Shown here in pieces: positions 29,361 through 39,364 of a stretch of DNA of 64,000 nt; the stretch's first letter is position 1; the number at the start of each line of letters is the position of its first letter. The translations under genes and the position numbers were made by a program. This DNA comes from an uncultured Acidobacteriota bacterium (GTDB lineage Bacteria > Acidobacteriota > UBA6911 > RPQK01 > JAPXNP01), in the NCBI GenBank assembly GCA_963777605.1, contig CAVZRV010000007.1:544001-608000 (forward strand). Direction: 5' to 3'. The notes beneath the pieces were generated by a model, which saw nothing but the letters and a program-made list of their open reading frames with translations, was not told where the DNA came from and did not search any database.

Positions 29361-29732
29361 TTACCTCCCGCTGTTGCGGACAACGGCAATTTCAACAATC
29401 TGATCAGGAGTGAGGTTCGGCTCACCCTCTTCGACCACCGTCCAGATCAGCCCCTCGGATGAATCGAGCTGATCACGGATATTCACGTTCAACGACCAAA
29501 ATGAAACCGCCAGAAAGGCCAGGATCAGAAGCAGCACCGGGGCGGCATGCCAACCCCATTCCCCGATAGGAAGCGGGCCTGATTCCAGGCGGGCCCGGGC
29601 ATTTCTCAGTTTCTCCCGGTAACCGGCCAGAAAAACCGCATCGGGAAGTTCCTCACCCGATTCGCATTCAGAGTTCCTCAAGAGGACTTTCAGTACGTGA
29701 TCCACATCTGAATTGGTCACTTTCGGTCTCAT
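29361..29732 (-). CDS. Putative single-pass anti-sigma factor
   Basis: Short helical N-terminus, one TM (AAPVLLLILAFLAVSFW), ATGA-coupled to the ECF sigma gene; no ZAS HxxxCxxC motif. Confidence 0.6.
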   Translation of the reverse strand: MRPKVTNSDVDHVLKVLLRNSECESGEELPDAVFLAGYREKLRNARARLESGPLPIGEWGWHAAPVLLLILAFLAVSFWSLNVNIRDQLDSSEGLIWTVVEEGEPNLTPDQIVEIAVVRNSGR

Positions 29733-30460
29733 GAGTTCTGCTCCTGGTTTCGGCCCAACAGACGCTCAAGCGCCACGCGGACCGTTCGTCTTGCCCTGAA
29801 GGCGCGGACCCGGACATTCACCGAAGATAAGTCCAGCAACTCCGCAACCTCCGAAACCTGCATGCCTTCACCGTAAAGTAGCCTGAGAATCGCCTGGTCC
29901 TTTTCGGAAACCTTCCCGAGGACCCTCTTCAGCAACTCGCGCGCTTCTCGACTGTTCTGGACCCGATCCAGTTCCTCCTGCGACTGACCGGCAAGCTGGC
30001 GTTCGAGCCAACTGGCCTCATCAGTATCGAAGTGGGCCACGGGTTTGTCTCGCCGTCGCTTCTCCTTTCGTAATCGGTCCAAACACAGATTTATCGTTAG
30101 CCGAACCAGCCAGTGCCGGAACGGGACTCCCGGTTTCAACTTGTTGAGACTGGTGAATGCCTTGACCAACGCATCCTGAGCTGCATCCTCGGCGTCCTCA
30201 ATGTTCGGAAAAAACCTCCGACTCACACCGGTGATCATCCGCCGATGCCGAAGCACCAGTTGCTCAAATGCCGCCTCGGATCCTTCCTCCGACATCGCCA
30301 CAAGTTGCTCATCCGAGCAATCGCTGAGCTCGCACTCTCCCTCCTGCGGCGCTCGGATCAATTCAGATTCTGAGTTTCGGACAGACATCATTCGGTGAAA
30401 GAAATCAGTAGGATCCAGCCCAAGCTGGTCCGCGTCAAGTCTCCGGGTCGCTGTGTCCAT
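29729..30460 (-). CDS. ECF sigma-70 family RNA polymerase sigma factor
   Basis: Region 2 SDEQLV...AFEQLV...DAEDAAQDA...FRHWLVRLTINLCLDRLRK; region 4 EGMQVSEVAELLDLSSVNVRVRAFRAR. Start could be 30460 or 30391. Confidence 0.9.
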   Translation of the reverse strand: MDTATRRLDADQLGLDPTDFFHRMMSVRNSESELIRAPQEGECELSDCSDEQLVAMSEEGSEAAFEQLVLRHRRMITGVSRRFFPNIEDAEDAAQDALVKAFTSLNKLKPGVPFRHWLVRLTINLCLDRLRKEKRRRDKPVAHFDTDEASWLERQLAGQSQEELDRVQNSREARELLKRVLGKVSEKDQAILRLLYGEGMQVSEVAELLDLSSVNVRVRAFRARRTVRVALERLLGRNQEQNS

Positions 30461-30469
30461 CCAATTGTA

Positions 30470-30497
30470 GAACGATCCGCAAATGCTATGCGTTACA
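30470..30497 (-). promoter_or_regulatory. Putative autoregulatory ECF promoter
   Basis: Minus strand TGTAAC-N17-CGTTC (AAC/CGT ECF pattern), 9 nt upstream of ATG 30460. Confidence 0.5.
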
Positions 30498-30606
30498 GCG
30501 GTTTTAGGTGACCTCATTCGTCAAGTCCTGGCTCGAGCTGTCACACCGGCAAGACCGGGCCGTTGGTCCCGAATATTAACCGAGCGGACTGGTTCGGTCC
30601 AGGAAT

Positions 30607-31806
30607 TTGCGCTATCGTTCTTGGCTTCATCTTCCTGGGAGTATTCAAGTGGCGAGTTTCGCAGTCTATCTCTTCCCCTTTACGATGGACATCGTCGTCG
30701 GGCTGGTCCTCTTCGTGGGCCGCCACTCACTGGCTGCGGGCGGCGCTCCTGAATCTGTTGTCGCATCGATTCCGCTCTACTTCGGGATCGGTTACTTTCT
30801 GTCCGGCCCGCTGATGCGGAGAATCATCAGTCGGCGCCACGCCCGAATTGAAATGGTTGCGGCCGTAGTACTCCTGGTGGCGATCAGCCTCCTCTTGACC
30901 CAGACCGAACGGATTTCCCTTATCCAGGCTCTGTTCTGCGCGCTTCCTTTCGCGGTCAGCCTGTTCTTCAACGCGTTCCAGGCCTTCCTGCTGGGGTTTT
31001 CGACCAATCTCGGCAGGCCCCTCAAGGTTACGGTTGCCTTCTACACGGTGGCCTGGTCGATGGGCTTTGGGTTGGGACCCTTCGTGAGCGGAATCCTCAG
31101 GGAGCGACTCTCCTGGCATGAAATCTACTATGTCGCGGCAGCAGCATCCGCCCTCATTGGGGTCGTCGTGCTCTTCCTCCACTCCGGTCACTCCGGGCCT
31201 GACCCGGTTGCTCAGGGCAGCCCCAGTCCGGCAACCAACCGCCCTGATCTGCACGTTTCGGGCTGGATGGGCGTAGTCATCGGGCTAATCGGCTGGCTTG
31301 TCATCGCGACCTACTGGCCTGTCCTGGCCACCCGCGCCGACCTTTCCCCTCAACTGAAAGGGTTGGTGGAGTTCTCCTGGGCAGCGGTTCAAAGCCTGGG
31401 TGCGCTCCTCCTGATCAAGTTGGGCGACTGGCAGTACCGGCCTCAACTCCTGCCCCTTTTTGGGCTCCTCGGAATCGCTTCTCTGCTGATATTTGGAATC
31501 GCAAAATCGCCCGTCCAGTTCTTGCTCGGAGCCTCCGTTATGGGGCTGTTTACCTCGACAACCTTCGTTTACTCGCTGTACCACTCGATGAGTGACGCGG
31601 CTAAAGCGTCACAGCGAGTGGCCATCAATGAAATGATGGTGGGACTGGGATACGTCATTGCCCCTGCGGTCAGCACCCTCCTCCACGAGAGCGGGCAACC
31701 TTTCTCCGAGGCATTCTTCAAGGCAGCGCTGCTGCTCGCCGTCCTGATCGTGATCCAAGGCACTGTAGCCGCGGTCACGAAGTACCGTCAGACGACCCTG
31801 TCGTGA
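30607..31806 (+). CDS. MFS transporter
   Basis: About 12 hydrophobic segments, central hydrophilic loop, AWSMGFGLGPFVSG motif-C-like segment. Confidence 0.8.
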   Translation: MRYRSWLHLPGSIQVASFAVYLFPFTMDIVVGLVLFVGRHSLAAGGAPESVVASIPLYFGIGYFLSGPLMRRIISRRHARIEMVAAVVLLVAISLLLTQTERISLIQALFCALPFAVSLFFNAFQAFLLGFSTNLGRPLKVTVAFYTVAWSMGFGLGPFVSGILRERLSWHEIYYVAAAASALIGVVVLFLHSGHSGPDPVAQGSPSPATNRPDLHVSGWMGVVIGLIGWLVIATYWPVLATRADLSPQLKGLVEFSWAAVQSLGALLLIKLGDWQYRPQLLPLFGLLGIASLLIFGIAKSPVQFLLGASVMGLFTSTTFVYSLYHSMSDAAKASQRVAINEMMVGLGYVIAPAVSTLLHESGQPFSEAFFKAALLLAVLIVIQGTVAAVTKYRQTTLS

Positions 31807-31979
31807 CAGAATTCGCTACCGGGATTACCGAGTCTTTTGGATAGCCCGGAGTCTCAGTGTATCTGTTACCCTTAATGTCAATTGGTATCGCGTTCTATAC
31901 GGAATCTTGCCTTTGGGTGAGGTTTGCTCTACAGGGCGCTGCCCCCAAACTGACCACTTATGAGCAGGAGAGTGCTTCC

Positions 31980-32564
31980 ATGAAGATGCGGATCAAATCC
32001 ACAATACTGATTCTGGCCACGTTAGTCGTGGTCGCAGTTGGGTGCTCATCACCCGCCACCCCCCCGCCGGCCCAAAAGACAACGCCGGAACCGCCTCCCG
32101 AAACCGCCAACGCCGTCACCAAGGCGGTCGCCGTCGTCCACCCGATCGGAGATTCCGGAGTGACGGGAACGGTCACATTCGTCAAGGTACCGGACGGTGT
32201 GAGGATTATTGCCGACATCCAGGGCCTCACGCCCGGAGAACACGGTTTCCACGTTCACCAATACGGCGATTGCAGCGCTCCGGACGGAACGTCGGCGGGC
32301 GGGCATTTCAATCCCGACAACAAGCCCCACGGTGCCCCTTCCGACCAGGAGCGCCATGTCGGTGACCTCGGAAACATCAAAGCCGAAGATTCCTCCACCG
32401 CGCAATATGAAAGGACCGATCAAGTGATCACGTTCAGCGGCCCTCATTCGATCATCGGGCGGGGCCTGATCATTCATGCCGGACAGGATGACCTCACATC
32501 CCAGCCGACCGGCGACGCCGGCGGACGAGTCGCCTGTGGCGTAATCGGCATCGCCAAACCCTGA
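31980..32564 (+). CDS. sodC: Cu/Zn superoxide dismutase, lipoprotein
   Basis: HGFHVH, SAGGHFNP, HG, RHVGDLGNI, IIH, GDAGGRVACGVI; lipobox AVGC; start moved to ATG 31980 (AGGAG RBS). Confidence 0.93.
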   Translation: MKMRIKSTILILATLVVVAVGCSSPATPPPAQKTTPEPPPETANAVTKAVAVVHPIGDSGVTGTVTFVKVPDGVRIIADIQGLTPGEHGFHVHQYGDCSAPDGTSAGGHFNPDNKPHGAPSDQERHVGDLGNIKAEDSSTAQYERTDQVITFSGPHSIIGRGLIIHAGQDDLTSQPTGDAGGRVACGVIGIAKP

Positions 32565-32645
32565 CTGAGGCCGGTATGGCCGGCAATCCAAACGAAATCC
32601 AGACAAGCGCTTGCGATCGTTCAGCTTCGGAGCGAGGATTGGTTC

Positions 32646-33971
32646 ATGACCATGACGCGACGTCAATTCCTCGCTTCGAATGCTGCAGGAACACTCGGGA
32701 TCACAATGGAACCCTTCAGACTGCACTCCGGCGAGTCCTCCCCCCAGAAGGCCCCGGTGAGGATCGGCCTAATTGGGACCGGGAACCGGGGTCGCAGCCT
32801 CCTCGGCATTCTTCTCGAACTGGACGGACTCGAGATCCCGGCCCTCTGTGACATCCAGCGCGACAACCTCGAAAAGGCACGGGCAATGGTTCTCAAGTCG
32901 GGCCGCCCCGAACCGGAGACCTATTCCCGCGACGAATTCCATTTCAAGAGCCTTCTGGAGCGCGACGACCTGGATGCGGTGATCATCGCGACCTACTGGG
33001 AGTGGCACACGCCGATGGCCGTCTACGCCATGGAATGCGGCAAGTACGCTGGAGTCGAAGTCCCGGTGGCATACACTCTCGACGAGTGCTGGGAATTGAT
33101 CCGAACCTGCGAAAAGACCGGCATCCCCTGCATGATGCTCGAGAATTGGAGCTTCCGCAGGGACAATCTCGCGGTGCTCAACATGATCCGCGCAGGCCTG
33201 CTGGGAGAGATGGTGCACTGCCACTGCGCTCACTCCCACGACTGCATCGACCACTGGTTCTTCGACCCCGAGACCGGCCTGGACCGCTGGGCCGCCAAGT
33301 ATCTCGTCAACCATAATCGCGATCAGTACCCCACCCACCAGCAGGGTCCCATTTTGAGTTGGCTGGGCATCGGTTGTGGGGACTACTACGACACCCTAAC
33401 CTCGACGGCAACCGGTGGATTCGGTATCAACGACTACTTTCGCCGGCGATTCGGCCCCGATCACCCCAATGCAAAACGGGATTTCCGACAGGGAGATATC
33501 GTCACAACCGTAGTCCGAACCAAGCTGGGCCGGTCGGTCGTGATCAATTACGACATGCAGCTGCCCCGTCCCTACGACAACCGTTGGATGGCTCAGGGAA
33601 CCCACGGGATCTATAACGAGCAGAGGCAGGCCGTCTACCTTACGGATCGCAGCCCCAAGTACCACGAATGGGAAGAATTCTCCCCGTACCAGACCGAGTT
33701 CGATCACTCCTGGTGGAAACGTCTCAACGACCGACCAGGGCAGCTTTCCCATGGCGGCACTGATCACCTGGAGTTGGAACTCTTCGTCGAGGCGGTGCGG
33801 CACGGGACCCAGACCCCCCTGGACATCTACGATTCAGTGACGATGAGCGCCAATGGCCCGCTCTCCGAGATCTCGATTGCCCAGGGAGGAAAGCCCATCG
33901 CGTTCCCTGATTTCACGCGGGGCCGGTGGCAGACCGGGAAGCCCGCGTTTGCAATGGAGGGTAAGGCGTAG
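32646..33971 (+). CDS. Tat-exported Gfo/Idh/MocA oxidoreductase, GH109-like
   Basis: TRRQFL Tat motif; RIGLIGTGNRG Rossmann fold, IATYWEWH, EVP, MMLEN, YPTH, PRPY, HGGTD. Confidence 0.85.
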   Translation: MTMTRRQFLASNAAGTLGITMEPFRLHSGESSPQKAPVRIGLIGTGNRGRSLLGILLELDGLEIPALCDIQRDNLEKARAMVLKSGRPEPETYSRDEFHFKSLLERDDLDAVIIATYWEWHTPMAVYAMECGKYAGVEVPVAYTLDECWELIRTCEKTGIPCMMLENWSFRRDNLAVLNMIRAGLLGEMVHCHCAHSHDCIDHWFFDPETGLDRWAAKYLVNHNRDQYPTHQQGPILSWLGIGCGDYYDTLTSTATGGFGINDYFRRRFGPDHPNAKRDFRQGDIVTTVVRTKLGRSVVINYDMQLPRPYDNRWMAQGTHGIYNEQRQAVYLTDRSPKYHEWEEFSPYQTEFDHSWWKRLNDRPGQLSHGGTDHLELELFVEAVRHGTQTPLDIYDSVTMSANGPLSEISIAQGGKPIAFPDFTRGRWQTGKPAFAMEGKA

Positions 33972-34105
33972 TCCGGGCTGGGCGCGATGGGACCCGATTG
34001 GGCGTATGGCACAGGAAATGGGACCAATGCAATATGGGGCAGGTTAGCCCTGCCCCTCCGCGCGCGGAGAGCATTCAAAAAGTGAAACTGGACCTGGCGC
34101 CTTGG

Positions 34106-34284
34106 TTTCAGCCCAGGGCTTGCCTTGGGTCCGTGGTCCTGCACCTCGATTGCGGCCTGTAAGGTCGCGCCCCGGATTCACTTCGTCCGAAGAGGTGTTC
34201 AGCCCCTTCAGGGCTGGATTCTTGATGGGTGGACCGTGAACCCAGGCAAATGCCTGGGCTGGAAACAGGCCCCCTTCAGGGGCC
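34106..34284. repeat. Nested palindromic REP/BIME-like intergenic element
   Basis: 34106-34139 is an imperfect inverted copy of 34231-34265 (each with a CCCAGG..CC(T)TGGG hairpin); GCCCCTTCAGGG hairpins at 34201-34215 and 34268-34284; lies between convergent genes. Confidence 0.6.
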
Positions 34285-34479
34285 AGCCCGGCGGCGATCC
34301 TGTGATCATCACTCATCCACGTCTGGCACCTGACCCGAAACCAGGATCCAGCCGATAATCGCGTCCCTGGCTCTCCACCGATCGCCTCAATCCCGACCCA
34401 AACACGTCCAATTCGTCCAGGTCTTTCAACTCATCCAGAATGAAGTTTCAGCCCCGCCCCTCCGGGACCTCGGATGCGT

Positions 34480-34983
34480 CTAGAAGGCCAGTGTGCCTTC
34501 CAGCTTTCGCTCCCCGAACGCCACGCCGAGGATCATCTTGCCGTCAGTCTCCCCGTGACCACTGTAGAGATCCAGGTCCAGGTGATGCTCGGTTGGGAGA
34601 CCGGTCAGGGTATGCGTTTCAAGCTCGATCCCTTTGGACAGGTCCAGGTTGCTGCCATTCCCTGCAGCATCGGAAGGAACGAGAAAGAGCTTCCAGTCGT
34701 CGAGATTCCTGGCGCGGGCCCTAACCAGATAGGATCCGGCCGGAATCGCAGCGGTTCCCGAGTTGAAATTCCCCTTCACGTCGAGGACGGCTCTGCCGCA
34801 GTGGAAGACGAAGCCGTCGGTCACCTCGCTGAGGTGTTCCGCATTGTAGGGATAGGTTGTGAAGTTCAGCTTCAGCTCATTGTCCCCCAGTTGGGCGGTT
34901 ACGGTCTTGCTGAAGTGGGGATGAGCCAGCACGGCTCCACAGATAAGAACTGCGGCAAAAAGGACCATCGCTCTTTTGGTCAT
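34480..34983 (-). CDS. Secreted hypothetical protein, DUF2911-like beta-sandwich
   Basis: Signal peptide ending VLA-H; TVTAQLGDNELKLNF, IPAGSYLV...WKLFL pattern. Confidence 0.55.
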   Translation of the reverse strand: MTKRAMVLFAAVLICGAVLAHPHFSKTVTAQLGDNELKLNFTTYPYNAEHLSEVTDGFVFHCGRAVLDVKGNFNSGTAAIPAGSYLVRARARNLDDWKLFLVPSDAAGNGSNLDLSKGIELETHTLTGLPTEHHLDLDLYSGHGETDGKMILGVAFGERKLEGTLAF

Positions 34984-35195
34984 GCTTTGAATCTCCGATT
35001 CATTGATTGAATGTTCACGCTTCTGACGCGGACTCACACCCGTGAGGAATACAGACACCTGCTGAAAACGAGACGGGCGAGTTCCAGATATCGGAGTACT
35101 TTATCAGGGAGGGCCAGATTGATACCAGCAACTTCAGCTGAAGTGCGTTTCCGTCCAGTCGGGATCCACTCGCGGCCTACTGGCTCCGATTCTCT

Positions 35196-35945
35196 CTATT
35201 CCAGCAGCCATCCGCCATCGACAACGCAGTTGTGTCCGGTTGAAGCCAAACTGGCCTCAGAGAGATAGAACAGGATGTGATTGGCAATATCCAATGGGGT
35301 GATCTTCCGATCAATTGACTGCATCTCCATCAGGTAGGAAAGATGCTTTTCACTATCCTCGGGACGGAGGAAGTACTCCTCGACCTGTCGCTCGGTGAAC
35401 ACCCATCCCGGGCTGATCGAATTGATGCGTATCCCCTCCCGCCCCAGTTCCCGGGCCAGGCCGGTAGTCAAGCCCAGGATCCCTGCCTTGGAGACTGAGT
35501 AGACGGAACGCCGCGGGATGCCGAGCCGATAGTTGATCGACGACACGTTCACGACGCTTCGGCCCCTTCCTTTTCGCAGCAGCGGTAGCGCCTCCCGAAT
35601 CAGCAGGTAGTACCCGCGCAGGTTGAGATCGATCACTCGATCCCAGCACTCCTCGTCGCCTTCCGCAAGCGAAAACTTGGGATCAATTCCCGCGACGTTG
35701 ACCAGATAGTCCAGATGGTCGGAAACGTTGTAAACCCGGCCGATGGCAGAACGAATCGCTTCGGGCCGGGACAGATCGCAGCAAATCGCCACGTACCGAT
35801 CCCGGGTTGCCGCCTCGTCCTCATCCACGGCCAACCCGAAAACAGTCGCTCCCTGTTCAATCAGCGCGCTGCAGGTGGCCCGTCCGATCCCCCGGCTCGA
35901 CCCCGTGACCAGCGCATATCTTCCACTGAGGTCTTCAAGCCGCAT
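35196..35945 (-). CDS. Short-chain dehydrogenase/reductase (possible aldose dehydrogenase)
   Basis: TGSSRGIG, NVAG, NVSS, YSVSK, PGWVFTERQ, VDGG. Confidence 0.9.
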   Translation of the reverse strand: MRLEDLSGRYALVTGSSRGIGRATCSALIEQGATVFGLAVDEDEAATRDRYVAICCDLSRPEAIRSAIGRVYNVSDHLDYLVNVAGIDPKFSLAEGDEECWDRVIDLNLRGYYLLIREALPLLRKGRGRSVVNVSSINYRLGIPRRSVYSVSKAGILGLTTGLARELGREGIRINSISPGWVFTERQVEEYFLRPEDSEKHLSYLMEMQSIDRKITPLDIANHILFYLSEASLASTGHNCVVDGGWLLE

Positions 35946-36095
35946 TCAAACTGCTCCTCCCGTTCGTGCTCATCAATCTGGTGTCCTGTCACGCATCATA
36001 GGGCACTTTCAGCAAGGCGAAAAGCGGCTAGCTTCCAGGCCCACGAGTGCAGTACTAAGATTGTCATGAATATGCCGGAAAGGAGAAGACGAGCG

Positions 36096-36851
36096 ATGAA
36101 GGGGAGATTCGAAGACCGGGTTGCGATCGTCACAGGTGGAGCCAGGGGAATCGGCCAGGCCGTAACGGAACGGCTGGCCCGGGAGGGTGGCCGGGTCGTT
36201 GTCTTCGACGTGCGCGAGGAGGATCTGGATCGCGTGTGCCGCAGTTGCGGCCAGACTGGTCTCCGGGTTTCGGGCCGGCGTCTGAATATCACCGATGAAA
36301 CCGCGGTTCGCCTGGCCATAGACACGGTCGCCGCAGACGAGGGCCGGATCGACGTTATGGTCAACAGCGCCGGAGTCGTCGGTCCAACGTCCCGGCCGAT
36401 CGAACAGTACTCCTACGAGGAATTCCGTCAAGTCGTGGACATCAACCTGAACGGGGCGTTTCTCATGACCAAGTACACCGTCCCCCACATGGCGGCAAGG
36501 GGCTACGGACGGATCCTGCTGATCGCATCGATCGGCGGAAAGGAAGGAAATCCCGGGATGGTGGGGTATGCTGCCAGCAAGTCAGGGGTCATCGGGCTGG
36601 TCAAGGCAGTCGGGAAGGAATACGCCGAGGTGGGAATCACGGTGAACGGACTTGCGCCCGCGGTCATCGCGACACCCATGAACCGGGACACCGACCCAGC
36701 CCTGCTCAAATACATGACGGATCGGATCCCGATGCGACGCCTTGGTACAGTGGAGGAGGCTGCAGCCATCGCCTGCTGGATCGTTTCCGAGGAGGCCAGT
36801 TTCAACACCGGTTTCATTTTCGACCTCTCGGGCGGCAGGGCGACATACTAG
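36096..36851 (+). CDS. Short-chain dehydrogenase/reductase (possible 2-keto-3-deoxy sugar-acid dehydrogenase)
   Basis: TGGARGIG, NSAG, YAASK, C-terminal FDLSGGRATY; start ATG 36096 with AGGAG RBS. Confidence 0.9.
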   Translation: MKGRFEDRVAIVTGGARGIGQAVTERLAREGGRVVVFDVREEDLDRVCRSCGQTGLRVSGRRLNITDETAVRLAIDTVAADEGRIDVMVNSAGVVGPTSRPIEQYSYEEFRQVVDINLNGAFLMTKYTVPHMAARGYGRILLIASIGGKEGNPGMVGYAASKSGVIGLVKAVGKEYAEVGITVNGLAPAVIATPMNRDTDPALLKYMTDRIPMRRLGTVEEAAAIACWIVSEEASFNTGFIFDLSGGRATY

Positions 36852-36866
36852 TGTCCTGAAAAGTGG

Positions 36867-38015
36867 TTGGAGATGTTGATGTTCTTTCTGGTTGTTTTTT
36901 CAGTCTGGGGCCTGATCCTCCTGCACGTGTTCTGGCGGACCCAGTCTCTTATGCAGCTACAGGGTTGGGCTCGGGTGGCCTTCGGCCTGGGACTCTTCCT
37001 GGCCGGGTTCTGCTATGTGGGCGTGCGAATCTGGTTTGCGGGCCAGACCGACACCCTCGGAGAGCGGACGCTGACCTATTTCTCAGCGCTGGTGATCGGT
37101 TTCATTGCCACGCTATGGACTCTCATAGCCCTGTTCGACCTCGCCTCCCTGGCGTGGTGGTTTGTCCGGGGACACGGGGTCGGCCACGAATCAGTGCTGC
37201 TCAGGCAGCAAATTGGCGGCGGACTCTGGGTAACTGCCGTAATCCTCACCCTGATCGGCTGGTTCATCGGCCACTCCACTCCGGCAATTTCCCGGGTGCA
37301 GGTCAGCGCACCCGGCGTCGAAGACTACCGCTTCGCGGTCATTTCGGACTCGCATCTGGGTGTGAGTTCCTCGTCCGATCAGTGGGAGCGCACACTCCAG
37401 GCCACCCGGGACCAAGACCCGGACGTGATCCTGATTCCCGGTGACCTGATCGACGACGCCTCGCCCCGAGCACTGGAGCAGGTGGCTCGAATTCGAGAGG
37501 CCTTCCCTGCCCAACCGATCTTTGTGACTACTGGCAACCACGACCTCTACTCCGGAGACGGCCACTTCGCCCAGATCTGCTCCGAATTCAACTTCCACCT
37601 CCTCAGCCAGAAGGTCGAGCAACTCGGCCCCGGTCTTCAGGTTGCGGGAATCGACGACGCCCACCTGATCGATCCTGCGCAGGCCATTACAGAGATCCGC
37701 TCATCTCTCGCCGGCACCGTGCTCCTGCTCAGTCATCGCCCCGCGGTCGCGCACCTGCTCAGCGATCGACCGCAGACTCTGGTGCTCTCCGGGCACACCC
37801 ACGGTGGGCAAACGCTTCCGATGGTTTTCCTGGTCTCACTTGCCAACGGCCGCTTTCGGGCCGGACTGTACCAGGTCGAAAAGAGTTTCCTGTACGTCTC
37901 CAGGGGAACCGGCGTCTGGGGACCGCCGATCCGGCTGCTTGCCGGACCGGAAATCGTGATCATCGATGTCGTACGGAGGCCTGAATTCACAGCAGGCTTG
38001 CAGGAGGGTGAATGA
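36867..38015 (+). CDS. Membrane-anchored metallophosphoesterase (YkuE/YaeI-like)
   Basis: About 4 N-terminal TMs; SDSHLG, GDLID, GNHD, LSHRP, SGHTHGGQ, YVSRGTGVWGPPIR. Confidence 0.9.
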   Translation: MEMLMFFLVVFSVWGLILLHVFWRTQSLMQLQGWARVAFGLGLFLAGFCYVGVRIWFAGQTDTLGERTLTYFSALVIGFIATLWTLIALFDLASLAWWFVRGHGVGHESVLLRQQIGGGLWVTAVILTLIGWFIGHSTPAISRVQVSAPGVEDYRFAVISDSHLGVSSSSDQWERTLQATRDQDPDVILIPGDLIDDASPRALEQVARIREAFPAQPIFVTTGNHDLYSGDGHFAQICSEFNFHLLSQKVEQLGPGLQVAGIDDAHLIDPAQAITEIRSSLAGTVLLLSHRPAVAHLLSDRPQTLVLSGHTHGGQTLPMVFLVSLANGRFRAGLYQVEKSFLYVSRGTGVWGPPIRLLAGPEIVIIDVVRRPEFTAGLQEGE

Positions 38016-39271
38016 ACCTGTTGAGACGGATTTGGGCCCTGCTCCTGGTCGTCGGCCCGGGGATCTTCTGCATCGGCTACACCATCGGCACCGGCAGTGT
38101 CACGTCGATGGTCAAGGCGGGCTCGCTGTTCGGAATGCGCCTGCTTTGGGTCCTGCTTCTGAGTTGCCTCTTCTCCTGGGTTCTTATGGAGGCGTTTGGA
38201 CGATTTTCATTGGTCGCCAACGACACTGCAATTCACGGCTTCCGCAGGCGCCTGCCGGCCGGTCCGGCCCTGGCTGTGATCGTCACCGCCGGGATCGTTG
38301 TAGCCCAACTCAACTCCCTGACCGGGATCCTCGGGCTATCCTCGGCTGCCCTGTTCGAGGTCGTCCAGGTCGCCGCACCGACAACGTCCAGCCATCAGTA
38401 CCTGGGAACACTACTGATCGCAATTGTGGTCGTCGTTCTCATGTACGTCGTCCTGCTCAAAGGAAGCTACGCCACCTTCGAACGGGTACTCGTACTCTTC
38501 GTCACCCTGATGGGCGCCTGTTTTCTGGTCTCGATGGCGGTGGTTCCGCCCTCCTGGCAGGAAGTGCTCCGCGGACTGGTCCCCCAGGTTCCGACCAACC
38601 CGTCCGAGCGATTGATGGTGGCTGCGTTCGTCGGAACCACGATGGCGGCCCCGACCTTCGTGGTGCGCCCCTTGTTGCTTCGCGGCAAGGGTTGGACGAT
38701 GGCAGAATACCGGGCCCAGCAGCGCGACGCCCTGATCTCCGCGGTCATGATGTTCGTCATCAGCGGCTCCATCATGGCGGTTTCGACCGGGGCCCTTTTT
38801 CACCGGGGATTGACAGTCGAGAGGGTCCTCGACATGGTCAACACATTGACTCCGATGGCCGGGCCCATGGCAACCTCCCTGTTCCTGTTCGGAACACTCA
38901 GTGCCGGACTTTCCTCCGTCTTCCCGATCCTCATGGTGGCCCCTCTCCTGATCGCCGATTACCGCAAAGGCGAACTGGAAACCCGGACCCCGCTCTTTCG
39001 GGTGCTGACCGGGTTGGCATGCCTTGTCGGTCTGACTGTCCCCGTACTCGGGGCAAACCCGATCTCTGCCCAGATTCTGACGCAGGTCGCCAACGTATTC
39101 GTGCTTCCGCTAGTCACCGGAGGGATTCTGATCCTGGTCAACCGGCGGGACCTGATGGGTGAACACCGGGCGGGAATCCTTCTTAACATCGGGCTTGGCG
39201 CCGCCTTTCTCTTCTCTCTGCTGATCTCCTGGGCGGGATTTCGTGCGCTTCAAGACGCGCTCCTCGGATAA
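38012..39271 (+). CDS. NRAMP-like (LeuT-fold) membrane transporter
   Basis: VGPGIF..GYTIGTGSVT...AGSLFG.RLLW, AFVGTT; about 11 TMs; lacks the canonical DPGN metal motif. Confidence 0.75.
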   Translation: MNLLRRIWALLLVVGPGIFCIGYTIGTGSVTSMVKAGSLFGMRLLWVLLLSCLFSWVLMEAFGRFSLVANDTAIHGFRRRLPAGPALAVIVTAGIVVAQLNSLTGILGLSSAALFEVVQVAAPTTSSHQYLGTLLIAIVVVVLMYVVLLKGSYATFERVLVLFVTLMGACFLVSMAVVPPSWQEVLRGLVPQVPTNPSERLMVAAFVGTTMAAPTFVVRPLLLRGKGWTMAEYRAQQRDALISAVMMFVISGSIMAVSTGALFHRGLTVERVLDMVNTLTPMAGPMATSLFLFGTLSAGLSSVFPILMVAPLLIADYRKGELETRTPLFRVLTGLACLVGLTVPVLGANPISAQILTQVANVFVLPLVTGGILILVNRRDLMGEHRAGILLNIGLGAAFLFSLLISWAGFRALQDALLG

Positions 39272-39364
39272 CTTTGAAACGCACCTCGGCTGCAATCAGA
39301 TCCTGCTTGCACGGCCACCCACTTTTCGCTAGCCTCGACTCGGGCATCGCGAGCGGAGAAAGAA

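Noticed and set aside
33972-34290. Possible CRISPR array or IS end in the repeat-rich intergenic region
   Set aside because: No constant repeats with unique spacers, no cas or transposase gene; fits a REP-like palindrome better.
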